In this document: piece by piece, positions 54,789-64,000 of the stretch
How the letters are laid out: each line of letters begins with the position of its first letter
How positions within the stretch are numbered: the first letter of the stretch is position 1
Source of the DNA: an uncultured Candidatus Rokubacteria bacterium
GTDB lineage: Bacteria > Methylomirabilota > Methylomirabilia > Rokubacteriales > DASRDR01
DNA length: 64,000 bases
Assembly (NCBI GenBank): GCA_963826115.1
Contig: CAWGVS010000007.1
Span: forward strand, 145,074 to 209,073
Reading direction: 5' to 3'
Made by a program: the position numbers and the translations under genes
The notes under the pieces: model-generated
What the model saw: only the letters and a program-made list of their open reading frames with translations
What the model was told of the DNA's origin: nothing
The model's database searches: none

Positions 54789-54932
54789 AAGGTGACCCGG
54801 GTCACCGAGTACGACAACCACCACAACATGGTGCCGGGCATGGGGGTCGAGTTCACCGACCTCGGCCCGGAGCGGCGCGCCGAGCTGGAGCGCTTCGTGC
54901 AGCGGCTCCGCGGCCAGCTGGAAGCGCTGTAG
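54777..54932 (+). other. C-terminal fragment of a PilZ-domain (TIGR02266-like) gene
   Basis: EIEGKVTRV...VPGMGVEFTDL...LERFV, stop at 54932; no N-terminal part or start codon. Confidence 0.7.
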
Positions 54933-54945
54933 CAGAATCCCATCG

Positions 54946-56250
54946 GTGCGGCTCGAGCTCGACATCGACGCCCTCGCGCCCGGCGGCGAGGGGGTGGGGC
55001 ACGCCGGCGGCCGGACCGTCTTCGTCCCCTTCACCGCCCCCGGCGATCGCGTCCTGGTCGAGGTCGACCCAGCCGGCGACGTGGTCCACGGCGCCCTGGT
55101 GGAGCTGCGGGCGGCCGGCGCGGCCCGCCGCGTCCCGGTCTGCCCCCACTTCGGCCCCGCCGGCGATCGGTGCGGCGGGTGCGAGTGGCAGCACGCCGAC
55201 CAGGCGGCCCAGCTGGCCGCCAAGGGGGCCGCGGTGCGGGAGGCGCTGCGCAAGATTGGCCGGCTCGACGCCGACGCCTGCGGCTGGCGCCCCCCCATCG
55301 CCTCGCCGCAGCCGCTCCGCTACCGCTGCCGGGCCCGCTTCCACCTCGACCGGCGCGCCGCCCGGCTGGTCTTCTTCCAGCGCCGCTCCCACCTGCCGGT
55401 GCCGGTGGCGGACTGCCACCTCTTGACCGAGGGGCTGGAGGCGCTGCGCCGCTCGCTCGGGCCGGCCCTGGTGGAGGCCCAGCTGGGGCCGTCCCAGGTG
55501 GCGCTGGAGTGGTCCGACCATGCCGGGCGCGGCGCCGCCTGCCTCACCCTCCCGTCCCCGGCCGGCAAGGAGCAGCGGGCCCGCGCCGAGGCGCTGCTGC
55601 GGGCGGTCCCGGCCCTGTCCGGCCTGGTCCTGGCCGCCGAGGGGTCGCCGCCGGCCCTGGTCGGCACGCCGGTGCTGCGCCACGAGCGCGTGCCGGGGCG
55701 GCCGGAGGCCGGGCTGGCCAGCTCGCGCCCCGACGTCTTCCAGCAGGCCAACCGGGCCGCCAACGCCCGGCTGGTCGAGCTGGCGCTGGAGCTGCTCGAG
55801 CCGGACGGCCAGCGGGTGCTGGAGCTCTTCTGCGGCTCGGGCAACTTCACCGGGCCGCTGGCGGCACGGGCCGCCGCGGTGGCGGCCGTCGAGGGCCAGG
55901 GGCCGGCGCTGGAGCTGGCCCGGTCCGACCTGGCCGGGACCAGGACGCGCTTCTACGCCGGTGACGCCCTCAAGCTGGCGCTGGCCCTGGCCCGGGAGCA
56001 GACCGACGGGCAGGGCGGGTTCACCCGGGCGCTCCTCGACCCGCCGCGCGACGGGGCCCGCGGGATCGGCCCGGCCCTGTCGGCGCTGGGCGTGGCCCGG
56101 GCGGTCTACGTCTCCTGCGATCCGGCCACCCTGGCCCGCGACCTGAAGGGCTGCGTGGAAGCCGGGTTCTGCGTCGAGGCGGTCCAGCCGCTCGACCTCT
56201 TCCCCCAGACCCACCACGTCGAGACCGTGGCGCTGCTGACCCGCGCGTAG
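54946..56250 (+). CDS. rlmD: RNA m5U methyltransferase, RlmD/TrmA family
   Basis: TRAM-like start, CPHF...CGGC, FQQAN, LELFCGSGNF, LDPPR, YVSCDP, DLFPQTHHVE. Confidence 0.9.
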   Translation: MRLELDIDALAPGGEGVGHAGGRTVFVPFTAPGDRVLVEVDPAGDVVHGALVELRAAGAARRVPVCPHFGPAGDRCGGCEWQHADQAAQLAAKGAAVREALRKIGRLDADACGWRPPIASPQPLRYRCRARFHLDRRAARLVFFQRRSHLPVPVADCHLLTEGLEALRRSLGPALVEAQLGPSQVALEWSDHAGRGAACLTLPSPAGKEQRARAEALLRAVPALSGLVLAAEGSPPALVGTPVLRHERVPGRPEAGLASSRPDVFQQANRAANARLVELALELLEPDGQRVLELFCGSGNFTGPLAARAAAVAAVEGQGPALELARSDLAGTRTRFYAGDALKLALALAREQTDGQGGFTRALLDPPRDGARGIGPALSALGVARAVYVSCDPATLARDLKGCVEAGFCVEAVQPLDLFPQTHHVETVALLTRA

Positions 56251-56260
56251 GCGGGGCGCC

Positions 56261-57406
56261 TCAGCTCCCGGCTGGCACTCGTGGCGCCAGCCCGGCGCGC
56301 GCCTTGGCGGCCAGCACCCGCCGCACGCTCTCGTCGAGCCGGGGGCCCAGCTCGGGCCGGGCGCGGAGCAGGGCCACCAGCACCGCCCTGGGATCGGGCT
56401 GGCCCGGCCACTCGCAGGGCGCGGTGGTGAGGAGCAGGTCGTTCCCGGCCAGGAAGGCGCGACGCCAGAGCTCGGCGGCGTCGCCCCCGGTGGACTCCAG
56501 CAGCGAGGGCACGGCCAGGTCGTCGGTGACGGTGAGGAAGCCGGAGAGGTGGGCGCGGGCCACCAGCTCGGGGGCCAGGATGGCCGGCACGTCGCCGTAG
56601 GCGGTGAAGGCGACGTTGGCCAGCATGACGCCGGACAGGACGTCGGCGGCGGCCACGAAGGCGGCCTGGTGCCGGGCAATCTCCTGGGCGGAGCGATCGA
56701 GGTGGAGCAGGGCCCGGTCGCTCGAGCCCCGGGCCGGCCCGTACCCCGGGTAGTGCTTGCCGATGGGCAGGATGCCCGCCGAGGCCAGGCCGCGGGCGAA
56801 GGCGCGCGCCAGCCGCGCCACCCGGACCGGGTCGTCGCCCAGCGACCGGCCGGTCTCGGCCATGAAGCCGCTGGCGGCGAGATCGAGCACCGGCCCCAGG
56901 CTCATGTTGACGCCGAGCGAGCGGAGGTCGAGGCCGGCGCGCCGGCCCCAGGCCTCGGCTTCCCAGCCCCCTTCCTCGCCCATCTCGCGGGCCGAGGGGA
57001 AGGCGGAGAGGGTGCGCAGCCCCTTGAGCCGGTTCAGGTCGCCCCCCTCGAGGTCGACCGCCACCAGCAGCGGGCTGGCCGAGCGGCGCTGCAGGGCCTC
57101 CACCTTCGCCCGCAGCGTGGAGGGGTCGCGCAGCGCCTTGCCCATGAGGATCACGCCGCCCTGGTGGATGGGGCCGTCGCCGGTGGGGGCATGCGCGATC
57201 ACCAGCTGCGCCACCTTCTCCTCCAGCGTCATCCCCGCCAGCGCCAGCTCGGCCGGGGAGGGACCCGGGCGCGGCGGTTCCGGGGCGGCCTCGACGGGGG
57301 CGGTGGCGGGTCGCGCCGGGGGCGGGCTGGCGCACCCCAGCCCGGCGACCAGCAGGGCCGCGGCCAGGGGGGCGAAGGCACGGGAGGTGGCTGCACCGAG
57401 GCTCAC
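56261..57406 (-). CDS. Glycoside hydrolase family 3 (NagZ-like) lipoprotein
   Basis: Lipobox GLGC; MTLEEKVAQL, VDLEGG, GPVLD, KHYPGYG, TDDL, AGND. Confidence 0.85.
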   Translation of the reverse strand: MSLGAATSRAFAPLAAALLVAGLGCASPPPARPATAPVEAAPEPPRPGPSPAELALAGMTLEEKVAQLVIAHAPTGDGPIHQGGVILMGKALRDPSTLRAKVEALQRRSASPLLVAVDLEGGDLNRLKGLRTLSAFPSAREMGEEGGWEAEAWGRRAGLDLRSLGVNMSLGPVLDLAASGFMAETGRSLGDDPVRVARLARAFARGLASAGILPIGKHYPGYGPARGSSDRALLHLDRSAQEIARHQAAFVAAADVLSGVMLANVAFTAYGDVPAILAPELVARAHLSGFLTVTDDLAVPSLLESTGGDAAELWRRAFLAGNDLLLTTAPCEWPGQPDPRAVLVALLRARPELGPRLDESVRRVLAAKARAGLAPRVPAGS

Positions 57407-57499
57407 GAGGCTGGAGTGAAGCCCGTCGGCGGCGGCGGGGCAAGTTCCGCGCAGGCGCCCCCGCTCCCAATCCCCGCCTCCCGGGACTAGGCTGCTCCG

Positions 57500-58907
57500 G
57501 TGGAGTCCCACCTGGTCCAGTTCGCCCGGCTGCTGCGGCGCAACGGCGTGCGCGCCTCGACCGCCGAGGTCGGAGACGCCGTGGCGGCCGCGGCGCTGAC
57601 CGGCGTGGCCGAGCGCGGCGCCCTGCGGGCCGCGCTGCGCGCCACGCTGGTGAAGCGCGCCGCCGACGTGCCCACCTTCGAGGCGCTCTTCGACCTCCAC
57701 TTCTCGGCGCTGGGGCGCTCGGTGGCGGCGGCCGAGCGCTCCCTGGTCGACCGGATCCGCGAGGCCGGGCTGCTGGAGGGCGACGAGCTGGAGATGGTGA
57801 TCCGGCAGCTGGGCCGGGCGGTGGTGGCCATGGGGCCGCTCGGCCAGGCGGCGGTGGCCGGCGACCGCCTGGCGCTGCAGCGGCTCTTGCGGGCCGCCGC
57901 CCTCCGCATCGAGCTGCCGCTCCTGCTCGAGGCGCACGGCGGCTTCGCAGCCCGCCGGCTGCTGCAGGCGGCCGGAGGGGACGGCCTGGCCGGCGACCGG
58001 GCTGCCGCCGAGGCGGCGCTGCGCGCCAGCGGGCTCGATTCCGGCCCGGCTCGACGTCCTCTCCGGGGCGCTGCGTGAGGCCTTCGAGGCGGTGGAGCGG
58101 GCGGCGCGGGGCTTCGCCGAGGCCGAGCTGACGCAGCGCGAGCGGGCCCGGCGAAGCGACGCGCTGCCGGCCCCCGGGGCGGCCCCCTTCTCGCCCGCCG
58201 AGGCGCGGCGTGTGGAGCAGGCGGTGCGGCGCCTGGCCGAGCGGCTCAAGACCCGGCTGGCGCGCCGGGAGCGGTCGCACCCGGCGCGGGGCGCTGGCGG
58301 TGCGCCGGACCCTGCGGCGCAACCTGGCGCTCGACGGCCTGCCGGCGCGGCTCTGCTTCCGCGACCGCCGGCCGGAGCGCACCGACCTGGTCATCCTCTG
58401 CGACGTGTCCCAGTCGATGCGCCACGTGGCGCGCCTCATGCTGCTCTTCCTGGGCGTGCTCCACGAGCGGGCTCCGCACGGGCGCGGACCTTCGTCTTCG
58501 TCTCCGAGCTGGGGGAGGTGACCGACCAGCTGGAGCGGGCCCGCGACCCGGCCCAGGCGGCCGAGCTGGCGGTGGGGGCCGGCGTGATCCCCATGCTGGG
58601 CAACTCCGACTACGGGCGGGCGCTCAGGCTCTTCCACCGGCACCACCTGGCCGCGGTGACGCGGCGGACCACCGTCATCGTCATCGGCGACGGGCGGAAC
58701 AACTACGCCCCGCCCCAGGCCTGGGTGCTCGACGAGGTGCGGCGCCGCGCCCGCCGGCTGCTGTGGATCTGCCCCGAGCCGCGGGGCGGTGGGAGCAAGG
58801 GCGACAGCGAGATGCCGCGCTACGCGGCCGCCTGCGACCGGGTGGCGGTGGTGACCAGCCTCGCCGACCTGGAGGGCGTGGCCGAGGCGTTGCTGCCCCG
58901 GGCCTGA
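57500..58907 (+). CDS. VWA/CoxE-like protein, about 3 apparent frameshifts
   Basis: FARLLRRNGV; RRTLRRN; LCDVSQSM; SDYGRAL, IGDGRNN, spread across different frames. Confidence 0.82.
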
Positions 58908-58958
58908 CGCCGCCAGGTGGGGCGCCCGGCTTGACGGGCTGGCGCCGGTTCCAGTACC

Positions 58959-60415
58959 TTGCCGCGGCCGTGCAGCGATCTCGTCCACCTCGGCCAGGCT
59001 GCCGCCCCCGCGCTCCGGGCGCCGCCGTCCGTCGCCCCGGCCGGCGCAGAGGTGTTCGTCCACACCTTCGGCTGCCAGATGAACGAGTCCGACTCGCTGC
59101 GCATGGGCGAGGCTGCTGGGCGCGCACGGCTACGCGCCCGCGCCGACGCGCCGGAGGACGCCGACCTCATCCTGCTCAACACCTGCGCGATCCGGGAGAA
59201 GGCCGAGCAGAAGATGCTCTCCGCGCTGGGCCGCTACCGGCGCGGTGAAGGCGCGCGCGCGGCGCGCTGCATCGGCGTGGGCGGCTGCGTGGCGCAGCAG
59301 GAGAAGGACCGGCTGCTCAAGAAGGTGCCCTACGTCGACTTCGTCTTCGGCCCCGACAACATCGGCAAGCTGCCGGAGATCCTGGCGCGGGCGGCGCGGG
59401 ACCGGGAGCGCGTCGTCGAGACCGCCTGGGTGGACTCGGAGGAGTACGTCTTCCCCGCGCGCCGACCCCGAGGCGTCGCGCGGGCAAGGTCACCGAGTTC
59501 GTCACCGTGATGAAGGGCTGCGACAACGTCTGCTCCTTCTGCGTCGTGCCCGCACACCCGCGGCCGCGAGGTCAGCCGCGCCGTTCGCCGAGGTGCTGCG
59601 CCGAGGTGCGCCGACCTGGCCGAGGTGGGCGTGCGCGAGGTGACGCTCATCGGCCAGAACGTGAACTCGTACCGCGGGCGGCTGCAGCTTCGCGGAGCTG
59701 CTGCGCCGCGTCGCCGAGCGTCCCGGGCATCGAGCGCGTGCGCTTCACCACCAGCCACCCGCACGACCTCTCCGACGAGCTGATCGACGCCTTCCGCGAC
59801 GAGCCGAAGATCATGCCCGCACTTCCACCTGCCGGTGCAGTGCGGCTCCGACCGCGGTGCTGAAGCGGATGCGGCGCGACTACACGGTGGCGCGAGTACC
59901 TGGAGCGGCTCGACGCAGCTGCGCGCGGCGCGGCCCGGGCATCGCCGTCACCACCGACATCATCGTCGGCTTCCCCGGCGAGACCGAGGAGGACTTCGAG
60001 GCGCTCGCTGGCGCTGCTGCGAGCGCGCCCGCTTCGAGAACTCCTTCTCCTTCGTCTTCAGCCCCGCGCCCGCACACCGTGGCCGAGCGCCGCGCTGGGG
60101 AGCGCGCCGGAGTGGGGCGAGGTGCCGCACGAGGTGACGGTGGAGCGGCTGGAGCGGCTGCAGGCGGTGCAGCGCGGCATCACCGCCGAGCGGCTGGCGG
60201 CCGAGCTGGGCCCGGAGGTCGAGGTCCTGGTGGAGGGGCGCGGCGGACAGTCCGGGGCGGCGGCACGGCCGCACGCCCGGAGAACCGGCTGGTCCACCTC
60301 GGCCGCCACCGAGGCCGAGGCCCCCACCGGCTCGCTGCAGCGGGCCCGGGTGGTGCGCGCCGGCCAGGCCTCGCTGGGCGCCGAGCTGCTCGGGCCGGCC
60401 GGTGGCGACCGGTGA
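58959..60415 (+). CDS. miaB: tRNA methylthiotransferase MiaB, many apparent frameshifts
   Basis: [70 protein letters not shown]. Confidence 0.92.
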
Positions 60416-60843
60416 GCGGGGCCGAGCCGGCTGGCCTGCCTCCCGAGACGGCGCCCCTGCGCTGGTGGCAGGCCCTCTACTGGCTGCTGCCAGCCATCGC
60501 CTACGCCGCGCTGATCTTCTGGCTCTCCAGCCAGCCCAACCCGTTCCCGCGGCTGACCTCCCGCTTCTGGGACAAGCTCCTCCACGGCGTCGAGTACGCC
60601 GCCTTCGCGGCGGTGGTGACCTGGGGGCTCTCCCACCTCCTGGCGCTCCCGCGCGCGGCCCGCTGGGCGGTGCTGCTCGGCTCCCTCTACGGGCTCAGCG
60701 ACGAGCTCCACCAGCGCTTCGTCCCGCACCGCTCGGCCGAGGTGGCCGACTGGCTGGCCGACACCATCGGCGCGGCGGTCGGGGCGCTGCTGGCGTGGCT
60801 CGTCTTGCGACGCGGCAGGGCGCGGGCTAGCATCCGCCGCTGA
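60412..60843 (+). CDS. VanZ-family membrane protein
   Basis: IFWLSS, DKLLHGVEY, SDELHQRFVPHRS, DWLAD. Confidence 0.88.
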   Translation: MSGAEPAGLPPETAPLRWWQALYWLLPAIAYAALIFWLSSQPNPFPRLTSRFWDKLLHGVEYAAFAAVVTWGLSHLLALPRAARWAVLLGSLYGLSDELHQRFVPHRSAEVADWLADTIGAAVGALLAWLVLRRGRARASIRR

Positions 60844-61372
60844 ATGGCGCAGATCAGGGCCTTCGGCGGCGTCAGCCCACGCATCGACCCGTCGGTGTTC
60901 CTCGCCGCCGGGAGCGTGGTGGTCGGCGACGTCGAGCTCGGGGCCGGCTCCTCGGTCTGGTTCGGCGCGGTGGTGCGCGGCGACGTCAACTCCATCCGCG
61001 TCGGCGCCCGGACCAACATCCAGGACCAGGCGGTGGTGCACGTCACCGGGGGCACGCCACCCGACCGTGATCGGCGACGACGTCACCGTGGGTCACCAGG
61101 CCGTCCTGCACGGCTGCACCGTGAAGGACCGCTGCCTGATCGGCATCGGCGCCATCGTGCTCGACGGCGCGGTGGTGGGCGAGGAGGCCATGGTCGGCGC
61201 CGGGGCCCTGGTGCCGCCGGGCATGGTGGTCCCGCCCCGGGCCCTGGTGATGGGGGCGCCGGCCCGGGTGCGCCGCACCCTGGAGCCGGCCGAGGTCGAT
61301 GGGCTGCGCGCCTCGGCCGCCCACTACGTCGAGTACGCCGCCCGCTACCGGGCCGAGGGTCGGGCGCCATGA
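60844..61372 (+). CDS. Gamma-carbonic anhydrase family protein (YrdA-like), frameshift near 61055
   Basis: [20 protein letters not shown]; then [16 protein letters not shown] in the next frame. Confidence 0.9.
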
Positions 61373-61833
61373 CCGTGGTCCAGGCGCTGCAGCGCTGCGC
61401 CCTCTTCAGGGAGTTCACCGAGACCGGCATCCGCATCTTCGCCGCCATCGCCGTCGAGAAGTCGGTCGACGCCGGAGCCCCGCTCTTCGCGGAGGGCATG
61501 GTCGGCGAGTCGCTCTTCATCGTCGCAGCGGCCAGGTGCGGGTGACGGTCAAGGAGGCTCGCGGCGAGCGGGAGCTGGCGGTGCTCGGCCCGTGCGAGCA
61601 CCTGGGGGCGCTGGGGCTGCTGGCAAGGAGCACGCGCCTGGTCTCGGCCGTGGCGGTGGGGCCCTGCGAGGTCGTCGAGCTGACCCAGCGCGACTTCGCC
61701 AGGCTCCAGCCGCGAGAAGCCGCAGGCCTGCCTCAAGCTCGCCCTGGCCATCGCCGGCGAGCTGGCCGGGCGCGCCGGGGAGAACCGCGAGCTGCTGCAC
61801 GAGTTGATCTCGCGCAAGCCCGCCGGCGACTGA
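61369..61833 (+). CDS. Stand-alone cyclic nucleotide-binding-fold protein, frameshifted
   Basis: [19 protein letters not shown]; [15 protein letters not shown]...TRLVSAVA. Confidence 0.75.
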
Positions 61834-61922
61834 CGTCCAGTCCCGCCGGGCCGGCGTCGAGCCGCGGCGGATGCGCGCTTCCGCTGGACTCCAGCCGGGT
61901 TGGCGGCGACGATGCGGCCCTC

Positions 61923-64000
<2,078 letters not shown>

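Noticed and set aside
54126-55298. 390-aa full-length third U32 ORF in the track
   Set aside because: Its N-terminal part is antisense to the PilZ fragment and rlmD; U32 similarity begins only at the junction.

Overview
GC-rich bacterial DNA that looks like two genomes joined at about 54,780. The left part (1-54,780) is largely clean coding sequence; its gene content suggests a Rokubacteria/NC10-like diderm, which is inference only. It carries housekeeping blocks: udg-coaBC-rpoZ-gmk-yicC, a PyrR-attenuated pyrR-pyrB-pyrC-carA-X-carB-pyrF-pyrE operon, sigma54-driven lpxC followed by DUF4390-ntrY-ntrX, and prmA-rsmE-archease. Accessory modules include an SsuA-type ABC transporter, an AlmEFG-like ligase/carrier/LpxL-type transferase cassette, a cNMP-domain/MalT-like/SLC13 transporter fusion, and a hidden CxxU selenoprotein read through an in-frame UGA. 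It also has a DUF1116 gene with a degenerate carbamate kinase, a cyclic-nucleotide-gated K+ channel next to an Omp85-STAS-MBL-CHASE2/PP2C-OmpA-FecR-RsbW signalling cluster, and three tandem U32 Fe-S proteins. The right part (54,780-64,000) starts mid-gene in a PilZ fragment and looks myxobacterial (rlmD, GH3, VWA/CoxE, miaB, VanZ, gamma-CA, cNMP protein, DedA, Hsp70). It is full of frameshifts from about 58 kb, consistent with an unpolished long-read chimera. No rRNA, tRNA, CRISPR array or transposase was recognised.
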